A stretch of DNA of 64,000 nucleotides. Source: Eledone cirrhosa. Lineage: Eukaryota. The stretch lies in the NCBI GenBank assembly GCA_964016885.1, contig OZ024741.1:88040001-88104000 (forward strand). The letters run 5' to 3'. Made by a program: the position numbers and the translations under genes. The notes beneath the pieces are model-generated. The model made no database searches. It saw only the letters and a list, made by a program, of their open reading frames with translations, and was not told the origin of the DNA. Of the stretch, positions 39,939 through 53,611 are shown in pieces (the first letter of the stretch is position 1; the number at the start of each line of letters is the position of its first letter).

Positions 39939-40717
39939 CTAGGTGAGAAATGAAATAAAATTATAATACACCTGATTATATTAATCACAGGTAGCTTAAC
40001 CTTTTCCATATATTTCTAATAAAAGACTTTGCCTATTATTTTCAAATTGTTTTTAAAATAATTAAGATTTGGAACATAGCAGTGAACAACATGAGATATG
40101 CTTCATTATAAGGTGAGCCACATCAAAAAATATTTGAAGTAATTTTGAAATTAGGCCTGCCATTCAGAAAATAAAGCCAAACAGGCTACGATTTGTCAAT
40201 GTTCTTATGTAAAATTTTAACGTAAAGATTAAATCTAAATCGTTTAAAATAGGCTTTGTATCATAAAACCAAATGAAAAGAGGGATGTAAAATGATGATG
40301 AACATGAATATACTACTAGTATATATATTTTATCATTATATATATAAAAAAAACAAAGACAAAGCTAATCCCAGTTGAATTTGAACTGAACAAACAATTA
40401 TTTCTGTTAGGCACAAGTTCAGTAACTTTGGAGAAGAGGGAAAAATTTGATTAAATTTATTTTATCAACTCAAAGACTAAAAAGCAAAGCTGGTCTCAAC
40501 AGAATTTGAATTCAGAATGTAAAGAGTCTTAAATGCAATGTCCAACACTAACGATACTGCCAATTCATGGCCCTCTTTAATAATAATAATAATTTTTATG
40601 CTAATTTTTTTCTGCAGCATGTTGGCATACATTGCACATTTTTTGTGGGATCTGACTTCAGCACATGACAGTGAAATTTGGTAGACAGAAACCGTGTGGA
40701 AGCCTGTTATATACCAG

Positions 40718-41610
40718 CATTCATCGTTTTTACATGCTTGCATTAATTAGAAGAGTCTTCTCTAGTACAGTATCTCTCCACTTGTTTTTTGTTTTTTTTG
40801 TCATCAGCACTGTGAGATCAGTTATCTTTGCCCAAATCTTCCTCTTCCTTAGCTTCTTTCCACTTGGCACTTCTTCACCCAACACTCATCATTTAGGTGC
40901 ATTGTGTCCATGCCAGTGCAAACTCCTCTCCTGTACATCACGATTCCACTTAAATCTAATTTTTGGTTCAAATTACATGCTGTGTCGTCCATCTACACTA
41001 ACATTACACATCCAGTAGAGCATGGTTGATTTATTTATCTCTAACCATTGCATACCCTCTACATTCAGTGCCCATGTTTTACTCTCATGCAGTATTGCAC
41101 AACATATATAAACATCATACAATCTACTCTTCATCATTGCCAACAGAGGTAATACTCTGACCATTTCTTGCTATATTTTTTATTCTGGCTATTATGCTTT
41201 CAAAGCAATACCCTCCACTGCTAATTAGGTGACCTAGGTAACAGATGCTATCAATTATTTCCATGGAACTTTCCTGGATTGGAAAAGTTTTTATTTCACT
41301 GGTGCTTATACTAGCTACTATCCGTGTACATTTACCACATCCAAAGCCTACGATTTCTGTTAGCCTGCTAGTGATCTTACTACACTGTATGGAATTCCTA
41401 CATACTCCTTTTCTGCATACCAAGTACAGCCATTTCCTTGGTGGTAACAGTCTTGTCTTTTCAAATTACTAAGCCCTTATAATTCTAGATTTTGTTTCTA
41501 CCCCCCCCCCCCCCCCCCCACTCAGCTATTAGAACATGGTCATCAGCATACAGAAGTTCCTATGGAAAACTGGTCTTAAATTCCTCTTTAATTGCCTAGA
41601 GAACTATAGC
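40718..41610 (-). mobile_element. Older decayed RTE LINE fragment
   Basis: Minus strand: ELLYAD, VCRKGVCRNSIQC, IDSICYLG, RLYDVYI, LHESKTWAL. Confidence 0.85.
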
Positions 41611-42810
41611 ATGCAACCTAATCTCATCAAACCTAAACCACCAAGAAAAAGTGGACATTAAAAAGAAAATACAGTAGAAACAGCCTTGGTTTCCAAACCT
41701 TCTGAGTGGTGACATTGTGAACAATGTAGTCAGAGGTGTCTGATGTGACAATCTAAAGCAATATTTCCAATAAGTGAAATGTGGTAATCATGAGGTGTTT
41801 TCAACACAAGAACTAGCAGCTTGAATCATTAGTCAATGCAGGGAATCTTCAATATTCAACATTTTAGTTATGAACCTTTCAGTAAAAATATGGTGTGGTG
41901 GAGTCTCTCCTGCTATTATGGCTGAAAATTAAAATGTTGCATCTCTAATGGGTTTTAAAAAATACAGTTTAATCAATTTGTTAATTAGGCCCATATCATG
42001 TGTGATCTAATGAATTGTGTGTAGCAGTGGCACCATCCAAGATATTTGAACACTATGGTTCAGACTAGTGCCATACCAGTAATTGTTCAGCAACTAAGTA
42101 ACATTTGGCTCTAATAGGAAAGTCCAACCTTTGAGATGTAGTTTTGGCTTGTAATGATTTAGCAAAAAGTATATAAAAACGGTTATGCTAATTCAAAGGT
42201 TTATACTATCTTTACTAATAAAAAGTAAAGGCTATAATTTCAATGATAGTCATGATGTTCTTTTGTACTTTTCAAGAATGTCTTACTGATGCGGTTTCAT
42301 ATAGTAGTATAGGATGTTAATAGTGAATGTGTAATTGTGAGATGGAATTTGAACATAAGATGTATAAGGACAGAATTGAATATTGTTTAACACTCAGCCT
42401 TATGGTCTGATACTTCTGCCACATTGTTGATCTCAAATTAACAGAAGAAATATTTACTGGAGAGCAAACCAAGGTGAACCTTGAAGCAAGCTTATGATCA
42501 AAGCTGTGACCATCCTGTCTTTTTGAGAACATCTAGGACATGCCTCTCTCTTTTTAAAGATTCATAGGATATGACAAGAAAGTTCTAGTTCCAATCTCTA
42601 GCAGGTCAATCAACTAATCATGTACAAGCTCTCTTAAAATTGCCAGTTAGTGTCTCAGTGAGATGAAAGGGTTAAATCAGAGGAAAAGTTCTATTATATC
42701 TCAACAAATATGGCAAATCCCCATAATTTCTAAAAAGACAAAGTTAAAAAAAAAAAAAAAGAGGAGCAGCATGGAATATACTCAATGAAATCACTATAAA
42801 ATATCTATAC

Positions 42811-42886
42811 CTCCATGGCCATCATAGACTGCCAACATAGCTGTGCCAGTTTCTTCATCAAAATCTGCTAGGCAGTTGTGTGCATC
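42811..42886 (-). CDS. PPM1G: PPM1G exon 2
   Basis: tttag|DAHNCLADFDEETGTAMLAVYDGHG-G|gtatag; metal-binding (E)DAH and YDGHGG motifs; phase 0 to 1. Confidence 0.95.
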
Positions 42887-45800
42887 CTAAATACAAATAA
42901 AGCAAGCCATTAATAAGAGAACAACTTCTATTTAATATATACCAAACCTTCTGGGACACAACATGTGACCATCTTATTGTATAAGGATAAAACATGTTTC
43001 TGTTGAATCAATGATTAAAACAAAGTAATTTTCATGCCAGTTCAAACAAGCCTTGCCTTACCAAACAGGTTAGCTGAGTTGTCCTGCAAATTACACATTA
43101 ACATTACATCATCGACTACTAGACTGACAGGACAGTATTTCCTAATTTTCGTTTTTAATCATTTCAAAAACTGGTTTGACCAAAGAACACATTGGATGTT
43201 TTACAAATATTGGTCACACATGAGTGTCAACTGAAAATGTTTTTTGATCATTTCTTTAATTTCAAAACAATTTGGATGATGGAGAGAAGGGAGGAAGAGG
43301 ACAGCCAATTAAATTATGCTTTTATTAAACTGTTATCTTTACATTATAATCAGACAGTCCAAATTTACAGGTGAATTTTGCATTGAAATAGGAAATCAAT
43401 GAAATAATTTAAGCAATAGAAACATTCAAAATATACAAGGAAAGATACGAATTGAAATTGTCCACACTAGAAAAAATACAAGGTGACCATATGAAGAACT
43501 AGACAAGTGACCAAATATGTAGAGATACTGACGAGAGAAAAGACCAATGAAAGTTGTTTACTACATTGAAATCATCACCGTTGTTGAACATCCTGCAATG
43601 ATTTAGCAGCAAATATTTTAAAATAGGTTTGCTAATTCAGATGTTTATAGTATATTCACTAGTGAAGAAATTGTGAAATGCATTAGAATATGTACACTGT
43701 ATCTCTCTGCATGTAATAGGCGACGAAAATAGTCGGTGCCAAGAAGGGCATCCCACCATAGAACATCATTCAACCCATGCCAGCATGGAAGTAAAAATGA
43801 TATTTTGTGCTTTTCAAAAATGTTTTGCTAATGTAGTTTTGTGATACAAGACAGAGAGTTAAGCAACTATTTTCCCCTTGCAGGCATAAATTGGACAGGT
43901 CTGTAGCAACAGCTGTGTCATTTGTCCTACATATTCTCATCTGTGAAGTGAAATATCCACAATTTCTTCAGTCATTACACACTATGCTCATCACAATGAA
44001 ATCTGCAAACATCAGGTTATACTATCTATGCTCAGCCATTCTTTTTAGATAAGTTGTGGTTAATGTTCCATGCAGTTTACAAAACACATTCAATAGAAAA
44101 GACTTGCCTCATTTCTCCCCAGTCTGCTGATCTTTTCCATTCAAACCATAAGTAGAGCTATAATGCTTCATAAAAATTCTTACAGATTTTTCTGCATTTT
44201 GCAAAGGGAATTATTTGTTGCTAACAGCTCTTCAATCCAACATGTTATCAAATTAAAAGGTGAACAGTTTCTAGCATATATAAAGCACTGGTTGGTTCTG
44301 TCAAGCTACTAGATATACTTTTTTCTGTATCTATTGTTTGAGTACATGGATTCAAAAGCTATTTACTTATCAAACAATGTTACATTTATGCAGACACTGA
44401 GATCTTTCTTCTGCTACAGTACTACTCTTTTGACTTTTGACCATTCTTTCAAATTTGGTATGTTTTTTGTAACTGACTCAAAAAGTTAAATAAAATGAGG
44501 CTGAGCGGAGATTACTGATACCCACTTATACACTAAATCTTTCAATTCTAACTTGGTTATTGTAACCAAGTACATAACTTGAACAGCTCTCTTAAGCCAT
44601 TAGGAACAAACATTTTTCTTGTTAACTCCCATAAACACATCTTAAATAGTTACCATGCCAACTCCCTTTACAACCACAAGCTCTGTAATCGTAGTAGTAA
44701 CATTGCCATACCATCAAAGATTATTTAGCTTATTTCTCTCATCTACAACTTGGCCCCTTTGAATATACAAACAGACAAGATAGCAATTGTTACATTCAGG
44801 TCAGCTCAATCTAATCTGTGTACTTCTAATTTCCTAGCAACTGGACATTCTGAAAGACAATTCACGACAAAAACTGTCTGGCCGGAAAAATGCTTAGGTA
44901 AAAGAAAAAAAGAGCCTGTGATGTTTATGCGTAAAATGTCACAAGTATATTAAAATTAAATCAAGCGAAAAGTCAATATTTAAAGAAAAACATGAAAGTA
45001 CACGTTTATTTATATTTAAGAACGACTTGAAATTACACGTTTGACAATTTTGGTCGAGTTCTTTTTATATCATGAAATAAGGGCGGACATTGTTTTTATT
45101 TAGAGCAATGAGGTACTGCATTATGCCAGTAGTATGTCCACCACTAACCTTACAACTATTGCACATCAAGTTCTATTGAATTACCAAAAAGGTCAATGTT
45201 TCAAATTTAACTATATATGTTACATGTTAACTGTTAGCAAAATGAGATTATCACACTACTCAACATTGCCAGTACCATTTTCTCGTTATGATGTGGCTGA
45301 CTGACTTACGTCAAAACCATGGCGACACAACAAATGAAGAGGTAATTCTAATTGAAGTCCACAGTGATGAAGTAGAAATACACTAAAGGTATGCAAGTTA
45401 ACAACTGAGACTAGTCTCTTAACATAACTTGTTTGATATCACAGAACTAAGATAAGCAATAGGCTTACAAATCATGCTTTAACCTTGTAAAAGTTTTCAT
45501 CTGTAATTGTTGTACCTTTGGTGGAAATCACTTACAGCTAAAGTTTTTCTTGTTTTTGTTTTTCCAAATCGTGTTCTTATCGTATTCATAGCAATGATGC
45601 AATTACGAAGGGAGATTTAAAGATGCTTTTAAAATAAGAGTGTTAGAGAACGAGAACGATATGCAGTTTTAATCTTGTATTAGAAACATCTAAAACAATA
45701 CTATTATGAAATCATAAATGTACATAAAAATGAGAACATTTCTCAAACGAGAATTACATTAGCTTCGTAAAAAAAAAACCCACCCACGACCACTAACCCA

Positions 45801-47651
45801 ACTTTCACTATAAACAATTTAAAAGACATTACAACGGGGAATAAATCTGTGTAAATTATGCTACACTTAAAATGTGGGGGACAATTTTTATACAGAATTA
45901 ACAAGGTTTTACATTTTAGGAGCAGTATAATTGATTTCTAGTAATTTCTAATGACACTAGGAAACTCCAAATTTCTCCAACGTCTATTTCGTAGCTGGAT
46001 CCCCGGCTCCATACACTGCGAATAACACTATTTGGCAATGCCGTGCGAAATCAATGAAATTCGAAAAAGAGGGGAAAACGACATTTGCATTCGAACAATC
46101 GATTCACAAAAATTTAATATGACCAATTGAATTTAAGATCAGATACAGAAAAATAAAATACTGCGTTTTTTTAATATTTTGCGGAATAGCCCTCAATCAA
46201 GGACTATCTTATATGCAATATGAACTTCCAGCGTCGTTGCATATCGAAATAGTTAAAAAATATAATCTTAATAAATCTTTCCAAATATAATCTCTAATAA
46301 TTAAACAAATAAGTTAAAGGGCGTGATTAAGAAAATGGGAGAATTTTCAAACTATTTTACAGATAATTTTTTAAAGGAGTAGGGGGTAGCATCTTTGTCC
46401 AAACTATAACCTTTGTCTATTAATTAATACTTTCAAAAAATAAAAAGTAACACGAAGCATTTCATGATCGATGAGCTGCAATCGATACAAACATTAAGAG
46501 GTTGTTAAAAGAACAATCTTTACTGGTGCATATAAATAGTAGATAAATAACCTAGTTTTTTACAAGAATTTCTTAAAATATAACCCTTCAGAATATTGAG
46601 CTAAGACTCAGAAGGTGAAGCATTTCCAGATATTTTATACATTTGACCAACAGGAAGGAAGCTGAAAGGGGAGAGAGCTAAGATGAAACTTGTGTACAAA
46701 TGGCGCGCTTTTTCGGCATCGATTCAAGGGTGGAAGATCGAGTTTGAATGGCTGCACTATCAAAGTAACTAGATAGGATACTAAATATATCGATTAGATA
46801 AATTAAAATATAGGACTAGAAAAAAAGTAACTAAATCAATATACTCAATATAGGGTATTTAGCTGCGGATTCATACGTATGATAGACTACAAAGAACTAA
46901 TTAAGATTTCAATACTGACTACAATGATATAAATAAGCTTTGAAACACAAGATACCTAATTAGATACTAAAATAAATTCGAATGTATAGATATAAAGCGG
47001 AGACCGAAACAAAGGCAAGAAATGAAATTTTATATATATATGTATTAAAATTGCTTCACTTGATATTCAACTGAGGAGATATGAAAATAACGAACTGTAA
47101 TTCATAACTCTCTTAACAGAAAAATAATCATCGATTTTTTTTTTGTCACCACAGACGGAAATTACGTTTGAAATAAAAGAATTAACCTGAAGTTCAGCCA
47201 GAATTAAATAATTAGTATCTATGGATATAAATATATATCATTTGATACTTAATATTCACTTGCAGTAACGCATAAAAAAAGTATGTAAATATTTAATTAT
47301 GTATTATGTAAGAAACATTTTCGACTAAGCCAATCGATGTTTCTTCAGCTCAAACTTAACCAATTTTAGATTATATATTCATTTTGTCGTCCCTTTATAA
47401 TAGCAATGATGGCACCAGGCGCCAGAAACGGTTTGTAAAAGAAAGCTACATACGTAACTTAGCTAGAAATTAACAAATAAGTGAAATATCATATCTAAAA
47501 AAGTAAAATGAGATTATAGGGGAATATTGAGACGATCCGAAGTGTATATACACACACATATATATATATATATATTGATAATTGAAGGAGAAAGAAAATC
47601 TGTTGTAAACAAGTTAGGGAGGAGGAGGAAGTGGAATGAAGAAGTCACTAC

Positions 47652-47762
47652 CTCTTGAGTCAATCTCCAACCTTGCATCGACGATGCTCCATATGTGAAA
47701 TTCTTGCCTTGACCGTCATTTGAATGCTTCTCGGTTATCGGTGAGGATAGATAAACACCCAT
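47652..47762 (-). CDS. PPM1G: Protein phosphatase 1G (PP2C-gamma), coding exon 1
   Basis: MGVYLSSPITEKHSNDGQGKNFTYGASSMQGWRLTQE: MGxYLS N-terminus and PP2C MQGWR motif; donor GAG|GTAGTG, phase 0. Confidence 0.95.
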
Positions 47763-48402
47763 AGTGACGCTGTTTCAAGATGGTGCGTTAGTTGAAATGA
47801 ATAATTAGCAAACGGGACCACGATAGTCTCCACACGTGCATTCTATTTCGCGGTTTTGAGTTAGGCGTCACGTGACCTCCCTACGAGCTGAAGATGAATT
47901 TGCACAATTTAGATTTTTTTAGCTTCCAAAAATAGTAAAAATTTAAAAAAATAAATAAACAACAGAGTGTCCTCTGTAAAATATTATTGGCGCGTGTAGT
48001 ATTTCGTAAAATAATTTTGAAATTAATTTTTAGTAAGCAATTTTCATTTTTCTTGTTGAGTTAGTTGAGCAGTAATTATCAACTAATCAAAGACAAGATT
48101 AGCCGTTGTATCATTGCAGCAAACGCGGTTGTCTCCCTTTAGGTGACGCAGTGCCCGAGACGTTAAAAAGTGAGAATAACGACGTTTCCTTTTTCTCTCG
48201 GATGGCTTGGTGGACTTAATACAACCTTGTTCTGCTTTCAAACAACTTTTGATTTTACTTTTTGGCATATTGGCTTATATTATCGCATTTACTATTGCTT
48301 GTTTTATTAATTGGATATCGAATTTATTGGGAGTGTATTGGCAATCAGCTACCAATTCTCTGTTTTGGTAGTGATAGTGGTGGAGAAGTCCGTGTTTTGT
48401 TG
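47763..48402. promoter_or_regulatory. Bidirectional promoter and 5' UTRs of PPM1G and NRBP1
   Basis: 640 bp between divergent ATGs, locally CpG-richer; GTCACGTGAC palindrome 47867-47876, CACGTG 47833-47838, E2F-like TTTCGCGG 47846-47853, YY1-like CAAGATGGTG 47776-47785. Confidence 0.75.
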
Positions 48403-48528
48403 ATGATGGCTGAGACGGAGGCAGAAAATCGACCGGATTTAAAAACGGACAGTGGTGATGAATCAGATGATTTGAGTGAAGTTCTCGAAGAAAGTCCCTG
48501 TGGAAGGTGGCAGAAGCGTAGAGAAGAA
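48403..48528 (+). CDS. NRBP1: Nuclear receptor-binding protein (NRBP/Madm pseudokinase), first coding exon; the rest lies beyond the window
   Basis: MMAETEAENRPDLKTDSGDESDDLSEVLEESPCGRWQKRREE|gtaagt; LEESPCGRWQKRREE is the NRBP1 signature; I found no downstream exon up to 64000. Confidence 0.9.
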
Positions 48529-51210
48529 GTAAGTATTCCATCGCGAAGTGTTTTCTCGCCTCCGTCCCGTGTCACCTTTCTCTCTTTCTCTCCTCCTACA
48601 CAGATTAGTCACACGTATACTTAGATTAATAGACTAGCACACACACAATCTCACTATGTTGTACAAGGGAGCTTGTTTTACGTTTATTAAACTATTCCAA
48701 TTCCATTTTAATGCTTTGATCGCATATATCTATGCAATATAGTCGCTATTGTTAAATGCCATTTGAAATTTAATTCGTTTGTTATTGATAATTCAAATTT
48801 TCGACACTGCACATTTCACGACAGGACTATATGTTATACAATCTTGAACTAGTTTTAGGGAGTTTCTTATTTGACATCAACGCAATTGTTATACTATGTA
48901 ACTGAAAGATAATTTACCCCAATCATAATACTTCTTTATAACTACACCAATATGCATGTTTTATAACATAGATCCCACATAGAACGAACCTGTTAAGCCC
49001 TTTAAGACAGACAGCCCAATCTTTGTATAAAAGATATAACATATATCAAGCCAAAATGAACCAAGCATAGGAGTTTCTTTGAGAGAACCAAACATATCTT
49101 ACAAATCACTCAATTACTGTCTTAAAAGGAAAGAACATCTTAGATATACTTTTGTCTGAAAAAAAAAAAAACGATGTGATTGTCACGGCTAGAACGTTTC
49201 TTTTTTAAAATTATTAACCCATCAAATATTTACAACTGGATATCATGTGAAGAATGTTAATTGTAAATGAGAACGATTTATATAAGATATTTTATCAGTT
49301 GAATTATAACTATTGAAAGCAGAGAGAGAGTTCTGTAAAAACAAACATGTCATGTCAAGTATTTAAATTTCATGCAAAGTTTGTTAACGATAAAACTGTA
49401 GGACTCTGTATTGGTTGTGCGTAGATGTATTTCAGTGAGGTTCGTTGGAATGTGTTCTCTGAGATGCAAGGAAATATCCTGTCTCTACCATTCGTCACCA
49501 GCGTGAGTGGATTAAACATGCATGGGGGTCCTGACTGAAAATTTCATCGGAGGGAGTTCTTGTGTATTATTTATGATGGCACAAATAAAAAAAATAAAAA
49601 AATTAATGTCTCTGGCTGTAGCTCAATCTGCCCCTCCCATCCCTTAATCTGCCACTGAGGGCCTATGTTATTTACTACTTACTACACTATACTAGTCACT
49701 TCCACCTGTTTTTTTTTTCCTTTGCCATTATGGTGTCATCTGATTTCAAATCCTACTAGGACCGATTATTCAAGACTGATCAGTACTAGTGGTAGTTTAG
49801 GTCGTTAGATCGAATCTATTGATTATATACACCCACTCATTAGAAGAAGTATGTCATTTATGTCAAATTAGATCATCGTTGTCGTCATTATAAGATTACT
49901 GTATTCGTATTTATAATGTTTAACAAACATAAATTACTCTAAATTTCTAATATGAGTACAAGCCTTCAATTTTATGGGTCAGTGTATATAATCGATCATA
50001 AGGACGAAAGGCAACCTTTCTTCGGTGGGCTTTGAAATGTATAATCTAAAGACACTGTAACACTATAACTAGACAGATTTCTATGGTTCTGCAATTTGTC
50101 AGTTGTCTGAAGACAAGTTGTATTTGTATGTGTTGGTATTTTAGCTGAGGGTGGTCCTCCGGGGAAGATATTATTTCATGACAAGGCTGAAAATATGTCC
50201 CCCTTCCACATAACATAATATATTTCTGGTTTTGTAGTTCGTTTACCCTTCATCATTCCTCTCCTTTATTACACTCATGCGTGCGTACACGTACATACAC
50301 TTAAGAGTCGCTCGCTTTGCTAGAAATAGTTGCTAAATGCCCTCAAATTACACCTTACTGTCTTTTTTTAAAAATGAAAGGACATATTGCCTAAGATGGT
50401 TTTAAATGCATTATGCCTGCAAAAAAAAAAAAAGGTTGAGCTGGTTACGGCTGTAATACCTTTGATCATAGGCTTGTTCTATCAGAGCTGACTTAGAATT
50501 AAACATGTCCTACAAATATGCCTTTATTTCCTAATAAATTAGCAATATATAGATTCTTTCAATTGAAATTCTTTTAGGGACTGTTCACTAATGGTTGTCG
50601 AGAGTGATTTAACCGTTCAATTTCTCTGTCAGCTGTTTGCTGGTTTTTCGTTGGTTCTTTCAGTTATTTTCAACTTGTGGGCGAAACATGCATGAAACTT
50701 AGCAGCATTCCTCTCTCTCTCTACCTCCCCTTCCCCCTCTCTACCCCCCCTCTCTCTCCCTCCCCTCTCTCTCCCTCCCCCACTCTCTCCCTCTCTCTCT
50801 GCTTGCTTCCATTTCATCATATAGTCTCAAGGCTACATAATCTTAACACATACACGCACACGTGTGTATGCGTGTATAAAATTGTAAATATTCCCGTTTG
50901 ATAAATATAATATATGGCAAAATACACAATATATATGAAGTAGAGGAAGTATATTTTCATTTATCAAATTAATAACACTTACAGTACTAGTCTTCTTTCC
51001 TTCTTTAAGGGTTCGTCTCAAACGAGTTTTTAGAGAAGGAAAGAGAGAGGGAGAGTCATTAATTTAATAAATACATGAAACACACAATGGGGTGGGTACA
51101 AACGAAAGAAATGATCAATCAACATAATGTAGAAGCTGACTTATTTCCTGGCATCTGATGAGATGTCTTGAAACTGCTGGTAATGAAGAAATATCTTGAT
51201 CTGTTGATAT

Positions 51211-52486
51211 ATCATCATCATCATCATCAACGTTTAACGTCCGTGTTCCACGCTTGCATGGGTTTGGACGGGGGTTTTCCCACTTGAGGCAAGAGTGATT
51301 ATCTTGCTCGCATAGGACTAACTGGCGGGTTTTCTACAGCTGGATGCCCTTCCTAACACCAACCACATTTACAGTGTGGGGCTGGGAGGTTTTTACCGTG
51401 TTGCCTACACGGCCACATTACAGCGTGAACTGTGTGTTTTTTTGTCGTGACACCTACACGATCTCATTTGTTTCGGCCTGGATGTTGTGGCACCAACATA
51501 ACTTTACATTGAAAGGGGTGGTGGGGGTAGTGGGATGGGGGTGTATTTTGTTAGAGATGCCTACTGACTGTAGTAGGTTTTACTTTGTATTTAGGTAAGG
51601 CGGGTCTTCTCTATTACTGAGTACCGCCAAAGGTCTCGGTCCAGTGACATTGTCTTGGTGAGGTGTAAGTGTGTGAGGTCGGAATTTATCAGCTCGTCCC
51701 AGGTCTTTCTGGGTCTGCCTATTCCGTGACTACCGTCTATCTTTATTGCCCTGCACTTTTTTATACAGCTATCGTATTTCATGCGCATCACGTGACCATA
51801 CCAACGTAGCCTTCTCTCGAGTAAACAACATCTGATCCCTTTTATTTCTAATTTTTTCCTTAGTTCGTTTATGCTTTGCCGTTCACGTATATTACTATTA
51901 CACATCCAGCGGAGCATGCAAGCTTCGTTTCTCTCTAGTCTGCGTATATCCTCTGCACACAATGCCCAGGTCTCACTGCCATGCAACATTGCTGTTCGTA
52001 TGCAGGCATCATACAACCTGCCTTTCATTTTTAGGGAGAACTCTTTAGCGGCTAATAGTGGTATAAGCTCTCTGAACTTTTTCCATCCAGTTCTGACTCT
52101 AGCTACTGTACTTTCAGAGCACCCTCCACCACTGCTGATTTTGTCACCCAGGTAACGGAAGCTGTCCACTATTTCTGTAGAGCCCTCTGCGCAGTTGTAA
52201 GAGCTAGTATTTTGTGGGCACTTGCTGCTACTTATTGCACCAGAGCACCGGCCACATGTAAAATCTATGTTCTTAGTTAGCTTACCTGTGATCCCACTAC
52301 ATCTTTTATGCACCCATACTTTGCATTTAGGACACAAAATGGAGTTTCTACCTACGCCTTTCCTACACACTGAACATGGCCACTTCCCGGAAGGGACCGC
52401 TGCCTTATTTTCTTTCTTACAAACTAGAACTTTAGTCTTAGCCAGGTTAATTTTAAGGCCTTTTGATTCTAGGCCGTGCTTCCATA
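51211..52486 (-). mobile_element. 5'-truncated RTE LINE, little decayed, in NRBP1 intron 1
   Basis: Uninterrupted ORF WKHGLESKGLKINLAKTKVL...PHD-like finger...FRYLGD...LRWYGHV...EKTRLT*; 3' UTR and (GAT)n tail. Confidence 0.95.
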
Positions 52487-53611
52487 TTGAGAGAGAGAGA
52501 GAGATTAAAAAGCTTTTTTAATTCAAAATCAATGACATGGCCTCCGCCTCCCCGGTACTGCGACCTACAATGCATGCAAAGGAAAGGAAGACAAACAAAT
52601 ACCAGGGATTGTCCGGCCACTTCCACCGGTCGCCGTCGAGACTTCAGGTGTATTCGGACTCCGTACTGCCGGGCTCCTCCGCAGGATCGGAACGTCGGCA
52701 GCCCATCTGAGGAAGGAGCCGTGGGGGGGGGGGGGGGGGGGGCATTGTCCGCACAGCCCCAACACCGCCGCGCCCTAGACCCAGAGCCCCCCCCCCCCAT
52801 TTCTTCTGTGGCCCTGGAGTTCTTGCTCTCCCCCTCCTTTTCTTCTCATTTAAGGCTTTCATAGTCTTTTCCTCTACTTTCTCATACAGCCAGATCTGTC
52901 CGTCCGAAATTTGATGATTATTTATATATTTTAGTATTTATCTCGTCAATTATAACATTTTCTTTTTAATTTTCCCTTTGAACGGATTCGCTTAATGAAT
53001 TGATATCATTTTTGTGTTACATGGGGAGCTGTGATTTCTTTGCTACAAAGCCTTTTAGATAAAATAACCAGCTGATAAATTTAAGCTGAGGCTATCAGTG
53101 ATAATTCTAATGTGCAATTTACCCTTGCTGGTGTAGTTCTAAATTTAATTTAGCATTAAATACTATGAGCACACATGGTAAATTATGGTTAAATTTTTTT
53201 CAGTCTCTGACAATATCAAACATTTAGTCATGGCATCTGTCCCAAAGATTTGTGTAGTTCTAAAATTTCCTTAAAATAAACCTGGAAGATTCAACAATAT
53301 CTTGACCGTGTTTGGGCCCCACTAATTTCAATAACAATACTCGTTGGATGGCATTCTGTGATTATAAGTAGCTTGCATTGTATTTCTTGTTTCAAGATTT
53401 AGAAATTTGACCTTGCCCATTCTGCAAAACAATGCATAGTGAGTGTGTTACCCTTTATTTATTTGCTTAACACAAAATTTCATTTGTAGCTCAAGCATTC
53501 CCACTGGATTACTGTAACTTGATAAATAAATTGCTAGGTGTATTTTCTTTGCAGCAAATATTTGGGTTAATATTATTTTGTTGAAAATACTGAAAATACA
53601 TGCTCAGATAT

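Noticed and set aside
48262-48402. N-terminal hydrophobic extension of the NRBP1 ORF
   Set aside because: Depends on a TTG start and has no NRBP similarity; more likely 5' UTR upstream of the ATG at 48403/48406
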